The translations under genes and the position numbers were made by a program. From the NCBI GenBank assembly GCA_020137815.1, contig CM035355.1, positions 8,432,001-8,496,000 on the forward strand: DNA of 64,000 nucleotides, in the 5' to 3' direction. This document shows positions 52,201-64,000 of this stretch, piece by piece. The notes beneath the pieces are model-generated. The model did not search any database. It had not been told where the DNA came from and worked only from the letters and a program-made list of their open reading frames with translations. Origin of the DNA: Hormiphora californensis (taxonomy: Eukaryota > Animalia > Ctenophora). The stretch's first letter is position 1. The number at the start of each line of letters is the position of its first letter.

Positions 52201-55200
52201 GAACGGGAGCTTGAACTAGGTACATTCAGTTTATAGTATTCGGTGTTTAGTAGTCCTGTATTTGGTGTGTAGGTTGTCATGGTACCACTGTGTTGAATCT
52301 ATAAAAGCAGTATATCGCGAGATATTATGTTTTCACGTTTTGTGTTTGAGGGTTTGGCTGGCAAGTTTATAAACCCTTATATGACTATGTTTGGCTGACA
52401 TTATGTTATGACCATTGACCGAATCCAATATATTCTGCAGAACTAGAGAGGAAGCGTAAAGCGGAGGCAAGAGCTAAAATCCCAAAAAAGATCCCGACAA
52501 AAGAGGCATCACCCACGAAGTCCATTGCTAAAGTACCCAAGATTTCTAAATCATCTTCAAGTAGTTATCAGACTGGGGAGTCAGAGAAAAACAAGAGAAG
52601 AAAATTGGGCAGTTCTATTGTCAGTAAATCTAGTAAGTGATCGATGTTTCACACCCTGTTCACTGTTCAGTGTTCACTGTTCAGTTCAAAATGGGAGAGT
52701 CAAGAGAATTGAATCTCGACTCCCCCTTGAGCCGAGTCACCCCCACCCAACACGGCTCTATCCTTGCTATAATATGACAGGTTATTTATAACTTTAACTT
52801 ATATTTTCAGCCTCATCGTTTGATGATCTGATGAGGAAAGCCTCTGAGAATTCTGTGAAAGGTAGTTTTGGAGCGAACCTAAAGCGACCAGAGGATGCGT
52901 TACGGGAGAAGAAGAGAAAGGAGGCAGCTGAAAAGCGGTCAGAGCGATACACAGTGAGTAGCATTTCATTATGGTTACCATGGTTACCACTTTTACAATT
53001 CTAGAATTTTATTTCTCATCACCCCGCCAGGTATCACCTGTTAAAATGGGACAGAAGCAGCCGTCTACTTTGGGTCAACCCCAGAAATCCCAGAAAGGAC
53101 AACGACCTAAATCTGCACCATCTTCAGCAACTGCCTCAAAACATTGTTCTACCTCCTCCGCAAAGTTATCTTCATCCACCGCAAAGTTATCTTCCTCCAC
53201 CGCAAAGTTATCTTCCTCCACCGCAAAGTTATCTTCCTCCACCGCAAAGTTATCTTCCTCCACCGCATCTTCAAATCAACAGAGATACCGGGATGGGGAA
53301 ACCAGACATGATAGTCAGTCGAGGAAGCAGAAGAAACACCCATCTGAAAAAAATTTTTAGAATCAGTTTAAAAGAAAGGAGGAGGGGAGAGAAGAGAGAG
53401 AGGGAAAGGGAGGAAGGGGGGGAGAGAGGGGGGGAGAGAGGGAAGAGGGGGGAAAAAGGAGGGGGGGAAACCAATGGGGGAAGAGAGACCGGAAGAGTAG
53501 GGCCCCGAAGGGTCCCCCAAACCCGAAAAAAACACCCCCGAAACTTCAGGCCCGCCGGAAAACCCCGCGGGGAACCAAGGGTAACGGGGAAAGAAGGGAT
53601 TGACATAAGAAAAAGACGAAGACCCCCAAACCGGGGGGCCCCCCCCCCCAAAGGGGGGGGGGAAAAACCAAAGGGGGGAAAGGGGGGGAAAGGACCCGGG
53701 GGGGGGGGGAAAGGGGAAAAAGGGGGAAAAAAACCCGGGCCCCCAAAAAAACCGGCCAACCCCCCAAAAAACCGAAGAATCCAGAAAATCCTCGAAAATC
53801 CCCAAAAGCCAGAAGAGAACACCGAACCAGGAAGTACAAGAAAGAAAACGAATCACCTTAAGTTCTCCGATTTAAAAGATCGAGAGGAAAAGGGATAGTA
53901 GTAGGAGAGACAGATGACGAGGTTAGACATAGAGTAGAGAAGAAGACTCGAGAGACAGACAAGAGAGAGGGAAAAGAGAACCCAAAAGAGTGCGAGCTCA
54001 GCGACGGACAGAGATCGCAGAGAGAGGAGAGAGAAGAGGACAGAGAGAGGAGGGAGCGCAGATAGCAGTACATTGCAAACAGACCTCCCAAACACTCACG
54101 GAGACGGACGAAAAGAATACAGAGAAGATTAGAGCGACTGTATCTGTGAAAAGAATATGAGACTCTAGCAGAACATATCGAGAGATATGGCGGAAATACC
54201 GGCATGTATCAGACTTAACTTTGCACATATTCCCTATATACATGACAACTACCTCTAGCACAATATTCCTAACGTAGTACCTGATCCTTCACTAAAGGAT
54301 TTGTCTATACCTATTAACCTCGAACTCCATATTGTCAGAAAATTTCACATGACTTATTTGAGACCATTAAAGATGCCATTTAATAGAGTGATTTCACAAA
54401 TCCCCTAACGTATTTCATTGACAAGTGCCTAAGGTCACTGACTCTAGAAAAATACCCAATCTGGGCTAATTGCCATACTAGACCCACTTATAATTTCACA
54501 AAAAAAAGTTCCACCCAAACCCGTACATGGAGGACACATACGAGGATGATGGTTTTGTTGTAGGATGACGATGAAGAATTCGATCACTCTCGTGAAATTA
54601 GGTGAGCACAAGACCTTGACTTGTTATGTTCCCTTTACCCTCCCGAAACACAGTCAGGCAAACCTTGACCCTGTTATTCTTATGGGAATCATCTAAAACC
54701 ACCCTCTGGGAATCCTCAAGGAATCTATTTGGGTCTGTAACCCCCCCCCCCCCCCCCCACACACACAGGAATTTGTTTGGGTACGACAAGAGAAAGTACC
54801 AGGATGAGGATGACGATTGTGCGGATATGGAGGCGGACTACAGAACCATCCAGAGAGAAGAGGCAAAGAGGTAACTTGGGGTCGAGTGAGATTATTTAGA
54901 AATTCAGAGAGAGAAGAGGTAATTGTGCCTCCCAGAAGCAGGGAATTGTAACCGAGGTAGAGTTAGTATAACTTGGTTACAACACAAATCACAACAGAAC
55001 TCACAACATAACCCCGTCACAAGTCACAACATAACTCACAACATAACCCCGTCACAAGTCACAACACAAATCACAACATAACTCACAACATAACCACGTC
55101 ACAAATCTCAACAGAACTCACAACATAACCACGTCACAAGTCACAACACAAATCACAACATTTAACTCACAACATAACCCCGTCACAAATCACAACAGAA

Positions 55201-55352
55201 CTCACAACATAACCCCGTCACAAATCACAACATAACCCCGTTCTTGCAGTGCCAAGATAGCTCTGAGGGAAGACGCTGAAGAATACAAGAAGATTCTGTT
55301 GGAAGAGGAAATGGAACGGAAGAGAAAGATGAAGAAACTTAATAAGAGGTAG
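43594..55352 (+). CDS. SPTY2D1: SPT2 histone chaperone homolog, multi-exon
   Basis: N-terminus MDFEALMAQAERN, charged exons, C-terminal SPT2 domain NLFGYDKRKYQDEDDDCADMEADYRTIQREEAKSAKIALREDAEE...KKLNKR*. Internal exon structure only partly resolved because of noisy sequence. Confidence 0.85.
45278..46723 (+). CDS. Repeat exon of SPT2: ~34 x 12-aa (YSPKCTIQSEEQ)
   Basis: Acceptor ccttcag at 45277 and donor TCT|gtgagt at 46724 are both phase 0 with the flanking exons; 36-nt unit with no stops or indels. Confidence 0.65.
48017..48850 (-). CDS. Two-TM protein with Cys-rich loop, KCNMB (BK beta)/TipE-like; nested antisense in an SPT2 intron
   Basis: TM1 near the N-terminus, loop CNLTEV...ECSCGSRCKASFPCLQ...ECTYKPGFC...EFICY, TM2, tail with PPDY and PPSY motifs; single exon. 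Confidence 0.7.
   Translation of the reverse strand: MSEGGHSSFYIFAGGIISLVFSCLYIVRPNLHGVPFKVGLCNLTEVVESGMGECSCGSRCKASFPCLQATGTFRSNNEGVWEGVFYQDYASLLTECTYKPGFCETSYNRNINIIDAYERNSLDTRMAMETEFICYGHEGRIYFTDNYSLEKAVIGIAGPGILVLVGLGLATCQPNSWLCILFTPCRAVYKNTCGRGGSSDETTTDTQGMEEEERPPDYSDICEEGFDREMPPSYEQAIRRAHSSDNHGNHSRDNHGNHSSDNHGNHSSDTDSRVATS
50060..52108. repeat. 34/36-bp intronic minisatellite
   Basis: Unit gtcacctcctaatatgactggctgggtgctaaat(gt), running up to an SPT2 acceptor. Confidence 0.95.
54978..55241. repeat. CA-rich intronic minisatellite
   Basis: Repeats of cacaacataaccccgt / tcacaac. Confidence 0.8.
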
Positions 55353-56108
55353 GGAGATTTATCTGGCGCCACTGCTATCTTGGGGACTGATCTACGAAAT
55401 GAAAGACACTGGGTGTTTGCAATGGACAATTCTTTTAATATCGAGATATACACCTGGGATTTAGTAAGGATACTTCCTCCATAATATCGAGATATATACA
55501 TCAGGGATTTAGTAAGAATATACTCCCTCTACTTCTCTCTCCTGTAGAGAGAAGGGGGACTGAGGGAGACTCGGAGAAGATGGGAGGGTTTGCTGTCAGA
55601 TCACTGCTATGTAGTGGAATACTGTTTCAGCAGCCCTCCTCCACCCCTCCTGAGATGTTTCCCTTATATACACTGCAGTCAGATGTTCCCTGCACCTCTT
55701 TACTGCAGTGAGATGTTTCCCTGGTGCACCATGGTGGACTGACTGCCAAGCAGCCAACCCTTTATAAAAGGATTGATTATCCCTTTTATAATTGCAAAAT
55801 TAAAATATCTCTCTCCAAATATAGCGAATATCCTATTGGGTAACTCTATAGATCTCCTAAAACTCTCGCCATATAGGATTTGTGATTGTCTATCAATTCA
55901 CAGTACAATTCTCGTGGCAGGGTTACCATGGTAACTTCTTTCTCGTTGCAGGGTTACCATGGTAACTCCTTTCTAAAACAGGGAAACATTATGGGGCATC
56001 ATAGTGCGAGCAGAAAGAGTTTATTAAACACGAGTCAGGGAAATGATAATATGACAATACACGTTGTCATGGTTGTCATGGTAACAAGAAGTGCATGTTT
56101 TACAGATT

Positions 56109-58837
56109 TTATTGTTTTTTTAAGTAATCAATAAACTCATTTTGGTTAATCAAGCCGTCTCCGTTCTGATCCGCATTGACAATGAAATTATTTATCTCTT
56201 CCTCAGTCATGGTTGCGTTGAGAGAGTTGCACAATTCTCTAACTTCCTCTGCTGTTATCTCACCTGTGAAGAGAGAGAGGGGAATGGAAGATATATAGAG
56301 ATGGAAGATAGAGAGAGATGGGAAATCAAGAGACGGAGAGGGAGAGAGGTGGATGCGTTAACCGGGGGTATAACTGTGGGCATTATATACGTCTCAATGA
56401 TGACGTGTGTGTATGACGTAATAACGATACTTGACAGATCTACTACTACCTATATGACCAATGAGCAATAGTTATAGTACTGTACTATTCATTACTCCAC
56501 GTTAATACTGCAGCAGCCAGCAGTGCACCCTACCCCACGTCACTTCCTCACTTGTTGTAGCACACGTCATTACTTGTTGAGGGCCGTTACTACAAGTCTA
56601 CACCTGTGTGTGACGTCATCTTTCGTAACGGCCCAACTCAACAAGCACTCTAGTAGTAGTGATCTATTATTGTAAGGGGCAATATTACTTATACATTACT
56701 TATAGTCTGTTGTAACTAGTTGTAAATCAATCAATCTACAGTCTCATCCAGCAAGAAATACTACTACTACTTTAGTACAGCGAGGATGCTGATCTCTTTC
56801 AACTAATGATGTCCTGTCGTATCATGACAAAGTGCTTTTGAATAATGAATGACTGGCGAAATGAACTGTGGACTATGGAAATGATTGATTACTTTTGGGT
56901 AGTATGATATGCATTTGAAGAAAGCTATATTGCTTTGCTTTCTCACTCAATGTATGCTCTCACTGTACGCCGTACAGTGTACGGCCTACGCACCGAAATT
57001 CAACATGGAAGCCGGAAGGGGTAAAAAAGAATGGTTAGAACTAAGAACAGAAAGGTAAAAAACACGGAATATATTTACCTGAACCGTCGGTGTCGAACTT
57101 CCTAAACACTTCCCTCAGATAGTTTTCATCCTTACTCTTTGTCTTCGGGACGTCCTTCTCTAGTTCCACTGAATACTGGGATTGGAGGTAACCATGGTAA
57201 CATGGGGGTAACCATGGTAACATGAGGCATGGGGGTAACCATGGTAACCATGGGAGTGGAGGTAAACATGGTAATATGGGGGTTAACCATGGTAACATGA
57301 GGCATGGGGGTAACCATGGTAACCATGGGAGTGGAGGTAAACATGGTAACATGGGGGTAACCATGGTAACATGAGGCATGGGAGTAACCATGGTAACCAT
57401 GGGAGTGGAGGTAAACATGGTAATATGGGGGTTAACCATGGTAACATGAGGCATGGGGGTAACCATGGTAACCATGGGAGTGGAGGTAAACATGGTAATA
57501 TGGGGGTTAACCATGGTAACATGGTCGGTGGGGGGTTGCCATGGTAACGATGAAGATTGAAGGTTACATGGATGAAGATTGAAGGTTACATGGATGAAGA
57601 TTGAAGGTTACATGGATGAAGATTGAAGGTTACATGGATGAAGATTGAAGGTTACATGGATGAAGATTGAAGGTTACATGGATGAAGATTGAAGGTTACA
57701 TGGATGAAGATTGAAGGTTACATGGATGAAGATTGAAGGTTACATGGATGAAGATTGAAGGTTACATGGATGAAGATTGAAGGTTACATGGATGAAGATT
57801 GAAGGTTACATGGATGAAGATTGAAGGTTACATGGATGAAGATTGAAGGTTACATGGATGAAGATTGAAGGTTACATGGATGAAGATTGAAGGTTACATG
57901 GATGAAGATTGAAGGTTACATGGATGAAGATTGAAGGTTACATGGATGAAGATTGAAGGTTACATGGATGAAGATTGAAGGTTACATGGATGAAGATTGA
58001 AGGTTACATGGATGAAGATTGAAGGTTACATGGATGAAGATTGAAGGTTACATGGATGAAGATTGAAGGTTACATGGATGAAGATTGAAGGTTACATGGA
58101 TGAAGATTGAAGGTTACATGGATGAAGATTGAAGGTTACATGGATGAAGATTGAAGGTTACATGGATGAAGATTGAAGGTTACATGGATGAAGATTGAAG
58201 GTTACATGGATGAAGATTGAAGGTTACATGGATGAAGATTGAAGGTTACATGGATGAAGATTGAAGGTTACATGGATGAAGATTGAAGGTTACATGGATG
58301 AAGATTGAAGGTTACATGGATGAAGATTGAAGGTTACATGGATGAAGATTGAAGGTTACATGGATGAAGATTGAAGGTTACATGGATGAAGATTGAAGGT
58401 TACATGGATGAAGATTGAAGGTTACATGGATGAAGATTGAAGGTTACATGGATGAAGATTGAAGGTTACATGGATGAAGATTGAAGGTTACATGGATGAA
58501 GATTGAAGGTTACATGGATGAAGATTGAAGGTTACATGGATGAAGATTGAAGGTTACATGGATGAAGATTGAAGGTTACATGGATGAAGATTGAAGGTTA
58601 CATGGAATAGCTGGTTTAGCGGGTGGAAACATGGATCGAGAAAGATGGAGAGAGAGATAGGGAAGCAGAGTATGTCCAATCTAAATATAAGCTCTCCTGA
58701 GATCCTTTTTGACATCCAGTTCCACTAGTACCCCGAATTTTAATCTCTCTGCCTGGTTTTGCAGGGCGTGAGACATGTCAAAATTGTCCCTGGTAGATCA
58801 AAATGAGAAAAGGCAGAGTGAGAGAGAGAGAGAGAGA

Positions 58838-58889
<52 letters not shown>

Positions 58890-60076
58890 CAGAGGGGTAG
58901 TCAGAGCAAGTTTCCTTGAAGAAGGAAAATAAAGGGGAGGATATCAGACAAAACTCAATTTGAGATGAAAGATAAATTATCTTTGACCTCAAATAGTTCG
59001 ATCTCTAGTTTTTACTGCCAGCACAATATATCGGACAGTTTTGTCGGACCTAATAACCTCATCAAAAAGGTATACAAGAAGACTGGACGGGTGGTAACCA
59101 TGTTACCAAAGAGGGTAACCATGTTAACAAGGAGGGTAACCATGTTAACAATGGGGTAACCATGGTAACAAGGAGGGTAACCATGGTAACAAGAGGGATA
59201 ACCATGATAACAAGGATGTTAACTATGTTAAGAATGGGGTAACCATGGTGAAAAGGAGGGTAACCATGGTAACAAGGGGTAACCATGGTAACAAGGGGGT
59301 AACTATGGTAACAAGGGGGTTATCATGGCAATAGGGGGGTAACCATGGTAATAAGGGGGTTGTACCTTGACAGGATCAAGTAGTCCAGATGTAAACACTT
59401 CCGTTACTATTTGGAGGAATAAACCAAGATCTAAAACTGATGCCTTATCATCGTACACTCTGATCAATCTCTTGCACACCTGATGATCAGTGGAATATAG
59501 GTACCGAGAGAATTATACCCTCTCTATAACCTAGAAAATGCCCCACCTCTCTGTCTCTCTATAAACCCCAACAATGTCCCTCCATTTCACCTGTTGACTT
59601 GCCACAATGTTCATCTGCTTGAAGGCCTTGCTAAGCTGACTCGCTGTTATCTTCCCGTCCATATTGATATCAAACCTCTGAGAGAATTGTATGGGTTGTC
59701 TGGTGGTAACCATGGTAACAAGGAGGGTAACCATGGTGACAAGGAGGGTCACCATGGTCCATATTGATATCAAACCTCTGAGAGAATTGTTCATTGTATG
59801 GGGTATAAACTGATAATTCTTCATTTCCCTCTTTCTCTGGATTTAAAAGCATTGTGAGCTGCCATGAACCATTGGCCTGACCTTGGTGACATATAGACAC
59901 CTGGCGCGACCCCCGCACAGCTTAATCTTGGTCGCGCACGGTGTCTATGTCACCATTGTCATGGCATGTCAATAGACAAAGCTAAACCAACTCTTGAATT
60001 GTACCTGGAAAAGATTTTCGAATTTCTCTATCTGTCTCTCAGAGAACAATCTCTCTGCGTCAGTATCATTCTCCAT
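56109..60076 (-). CDS. Calmodulin-like 4-EF-hand protein, 5 exons
   Basis: MENDTDAERLFSERQIEKFENLFQ|RFDINMDGKITASQL...|VCKRLIRVYDDK (degenerate EF2)|...LREVFRKFDTDGSG|EITAEEV...NADQNGDGLINQNEFIDYLKKQ*; GT-AG boundaries in phase. Confidence 0.9.
57549..58605. repeat. 22-bp satellite, ~48 copies
   Basis: Unit gatgaagattgaaggttacatg. Confidence 0.95.
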
Positions 60077-60730
60077 GATGAGGCGATCTGTGGGAGACTT
60101 GATCCTACTGAACCTACGCCCTGGGTCAACTGTGTATACCCACATGATAAGACAGGTTACACAGTCAATTGAGGAACTTTACACAGGATTTACAGAGAGG
60201 TGGGTCTGATATACAACAAGTAGTATGTGTGAGGGTATGTTAGTGGTAGCGGGAAGTATAATAGGCCTCATGGAGTGCAGCCCAAATTGTACTAATTGTA
60301 CTAATTGTACTAATTTACTGATTGTACTAATTGTACTAATTGATGTACTAATCGTGCTACTGGGTCTATTGCAACTATAGATCCTCTCCCGCAAAACACC
60401 CTAAGTTTTGTACCACTACAAAGCCTAACACCCAGAGATAGAAACCCAGTGTTGGCCAACACAGGGCTGTCAGGCCAATTACAGATACAGGGTGGCCCAA
60501 CAAATGTGTGTTTGAAGGAGACAAGTAAAGGCAGGATTCATATTGGGTAAATCTCGAAATAAACAGGTTATATAGTACACACTGAATACACAAATTGGTG
60601 GCAAAGACATAGAATGAATCTGATATAATGGTTCTTCCTCAAAGACTTTCAATCTTGTTTCTCTGCCTCTTCTTCTCTCGCTCTGGTCTCTCCCCCTTCA
60701 TAGGGGCTAGCTCCCTCATCACGTGTCAAG

Positions 60731-60773
<43 letters not shown>

Positions 60774-60800
60774 ACCTACACAAAGTGTACAAGACAATGT

Positions 60801-61833
60801 TTATTTGTGTTGTGGCATGGTGGAAGGACCGGCCGGTGGTTGCTGGCTGCTGAGTCCCGCTGTGCTTGCAACAGACTCGTGAATACTGGAGGCGAGGTGG
60901 GTCGGGGTAGCGTGGAACTTCTCCCGGCTACTACTGGCCTTATTCACCTTGTTCTGGAGGAAGGAGTCAAAGTCCAGGAAAGTGTTCATCTCATATGACT
61001 GAGTGATGTGATCCGACAGGTCCAACAGACTCTCCATGTACACAGACAAATCCTTCATCTTCCTTTTAGCGTTTCTCTCATTCTCTCCCCTCAACATCCC
61101 TCTGTGGGAGCTGGGGGAACTTCTCTTTAGGGAACTTGTTGCACAACGCCCTGTGATTCTCTACAAACTCATCGAATGTTTTGTAAATGTAGATCTTTTC
61201 ACAGTCCACTTGGCACTCCATCTCATACTTGTAGAACTTCCTGGTCTCCTCATAACACTTCCTGTACCCACTTACCCTGATCTGGATACAGATGGCGGTC
61301 TTTGTTATGGGAGGTTTGTCCCTGATGGGGTCTGCATACCTGCTCTTAACAAAGAATGGTACAACCTCCTTGTTGATGTATCTCTCTACATAGCTGTGGG
61401 CTGAGGCCATGACCTCCTTAGAGATCCCCTGAGATTTCTGGAGTTGTTTGAAGAATGTTTTAGGGAGGGCCTTGGAGGGAATCTGCACGTGATATTCAGT
61501 GTTTGTGTCGAGATACTTTGTTAGGATTTTAACGTTCCGAAACTGATGTCCCCTAGACAAGGGGTCAGTCTTCAGAGAATACTCAATATTCAGCCAAAAC
61601 AATAGTTCATTAATGAAGGATGATTTGATGCAGTACTGTACAAAGTGTTCCATGGCCCTCTCATTTTGAGATATCTCCACCAGGGTGACTGTATCAGCCA
61701 CAGTTGACTCCACAGATTTGTCTGACCTGGCTGATTTGGGCCCCCCACTAATAACACTTGTGACGTCATCTGTCACCAGCAGATCTTTCTCTGAAGTCTG
61801 TCCAGACATAACCTGGAAGTTGATTAGGGCCAC
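60801..61833 (-). CDS. 3' part of an RGS + PX domain protein (one apparent frameshift near 61087; 5' part in noisy sequence)
   Basis: RGS: MEHFVQYC...NELLFWLNIE...ILTKYLD...VQIP...VVPFFVKS. PX: FYKYEM...IYKTFDEFVENHRALCNKFP...PQLP / RKMKDLSVYMESLLDL...ITQS..MNTFL. Confidence 0.75.
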
Positions 61834-64000
61834 TCCACTGTTGTGGTTCTGCTGACATTTAAAAATCCCACCCCCCCCAGCCCTTTCCCTTTTAAAAAAC
61901 TGGGGTTAAGGTCAGAGAGGGCCCCTCGGGGGATTTGGGTATCATTTTGAGGAAAATAGTCTTTTGAAGGTTTTATTTTGCTACGAAAATTTTTTTCCCC
62001 CCTTTCAAAAAATTCTCCCCGGGGGCCCCCTTTATCCCCCTTTTACCCCCCCCCTTTGGGGCCCTTTACCGGCTTTTCCCCCCTTTAAAAAAATTTTTGG
62101 AAGTATTGCCACCCATTTTTTTTTTAAAAACCCCCCCAAAAACCCCGAATTTAACCCCCCTTTTTTGGGCCAAAAAATTTTTGGGGGGGCCCCGAAAAAA
62201 ACCCCCCCAAAAGAAACAAATTTTTCAGCTCCCCGAATTTTTGGGGAGGGAGTTTTTTTTATGAAAGGGGAGGGGGGGAAAATGGGGGAACCCGTGTTTG
62301 TCGGGGGAAAATTTTGGTTGCCCCCATTTAAAAATTTTTTTTCATTAATTAAAAAATTTAAAAATTAAAAGGAGGTTTTTTGGGGTTTTTCCCATTTCCA
62401 TGGTTTTTTCCCCCGGGGTTTTGATTCCCCCCCCCCCCCAAAAATAAAAACGGGTTTTTCTTTGGCCCCCCTTAGGGGTATTTAGGAAAATTTTATGGTC
62501 CGCCATCAGGGTTTTTGGGTTAATTTAAAATTTTTTTGGGGGAGGGAGGAAGAACAATTGAGGGGGGGAAATGGAAGTTTCCCTGAATTTTTAACCCCGC
62601 TGAAGTTTTTCGGGGTGGCTTTTAAAAAAAAAGGGGGTTTTAAACCATGGGGGGGGTTTTGTGATTTACAAGGGGAAGGGAAAAAAAATAAAATTAAAAA
62701 AAATTTGGGGGAAAAAAAAAAAGGGGGAAAATGAAAAAAAGGGGGGGGAAAAAAACCCCCCTGAAAAAAAGGGAAAAACGGGGCCGGGTTGGGGGGGGGG
62801 GGGGAAAGGGGGGGGGAAAAAAAAAGGGGGGAGGTGGAAAGGGGGGGGGTTTTTTAAAAGGGGGACGGTAAAAGGGGTAACGGAGGGGAAAATAAAAAGG
62901 GGGGGAAATAAAAAAGGAGGGGGGGAAATGGAAAAAGGGGAGGGGGGCTGGAAAAGGGGGGGAACCAGGGGAAAAGGGGGGGGGGAAAAGGGAAAAGGAG
63001 GGGGAACCGGAAAAGGGGGGGGAAAAAAAGGGGGGAAAGGAAAAGGGGGGAAACCATGTCGGGGGTGGGGGGGGAAAGGGGGGGTTTTATTTGGTGGAGG
63101 TAAACCCTAACCTTTTACCATGGACCCCCTCCTTGTTATAACCGCGGGACCCCTTTTGGTTACAACCACCCACTATCATGGCAATAAATGCTCGCTGATT
63201 GTATGGTCCAAATAAAACATGTCCAATTAACACTGCTTGTGACCCCGTTTTGGAGAGAGGGTCGAGTGCAGCCCCCTCTGCAAACTTTTCAAAGACCCAA
63301 TCTTCGTTTTTAATCATTCAGAAATCGCCAACCCCCAAAAAAGAGGGAAAAAAAAAACCCCCAAAAACCCCACCCCCCCCCTTTTTTTTTTTTCCCCCCC
63401 GGTTTTTTTTTTTTTTTTTTTTTTTTTGGGGGGGGGGGGGGGAAAAAAAACCCCCCCCCCCCCCCCCCCCCCCTTTCCTCCCCCCTCCCCTCTCCCATCT
63501 ACCTAAAAAAAAGGGGGGTTTTTCATTTTTTAAAAAACTCCCCCAAAACCTCAAAATTTTTAACCCCTTTCCGCCCCCTCCCTTTTTTTAAAAAATTTTT
63601 TTCCCCTTCCCAAAATTTTTAAAAAAAAGGGTTTTTTTTTAAAATGGGGGTTTTTTTTGGGGGGGTTTTATGGGGGGGGGTTTTAAAACCCCCAAAGTTC
63701 CCCCCTTGTTTTGGAACAAACAAAACCAGGCTTTGAAAAATAAAAGAAAAAAAATTTTAAAAAAAAAAATTAAAAAAAAAAAAAACATCCCACTAAAAAC
63801 CAAAACCCCGCCACTAAAAAACTCATTTTTAATCAAAACAAAATTCCAACCTGCCATTTCACCTCACAAAAACAGGAATCAATTTACAAAAAAAAAAACA
63901 AATTTTTTTCCCCTTTTTTTCACACCAACCCTTTTAAACCCTTTCCCTTTTAAACTTTTAAATGCTTTCAATTTTTTTTAAATTTTAAAAACCCCCCGGG

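Noticed and set aside
61860-64000. G/K/P/F-rich ORFs in homopolymer-rich tracts (also ~49210-50050 and ~53345-53850)
   Set aside because: Inflated homopolymer runs typical of low-quality base calls; not interpretable as biology.

Overview
Eukaryotic nuclear DNA, most likely a cydippid ctenophore (Pleurobrachia/Hormiphora-like). The organism call is inferred from two copies of a 40-nt sequence I recall as the ctenophore spliced leader (SL); this was not checked against a database. Host genes: an F-box/LRR gene running off the left edge, a signal-peptide precursor with 14 NLRRTLG repeats, an 18-exon mitochondrial T7-type RNA polymerase (POLRMT) with a tRNA-Asp and a secreted-protein gene nested in its introns, a transposon-interrupted beta-propeller-like exon, an HSL-family hydrolase with Thr at the nucleophile position, SPT2 (with a 12-aa repeat exon and a nested antisense KCNMB/TipE-like gene), a calmodulin-like gene and an RGS+PX gene. 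The most striking element is a full-length CR1/L2-group LINE (29009-36897) that begins with the SL and carries a second SL-headed, ORF1-only retroposon plus a Chapaev-like foldback element. This suggests retroelements whose 5' ends are made by trans-splicing. Other oddities: tandem arrays that copy exon-intron junctions (several units are GT...AG), a retro-insertion with a ~50-bp hairpin containing 23 G-U pairs, and a TTAA element that could splice out in frame. Parts of 49.2-50.0 kb, 53.3-53.9 kb and 61.9-64 kb are homopolymer-rich low-quality sequence, so single-base claims need read-level confirmation.
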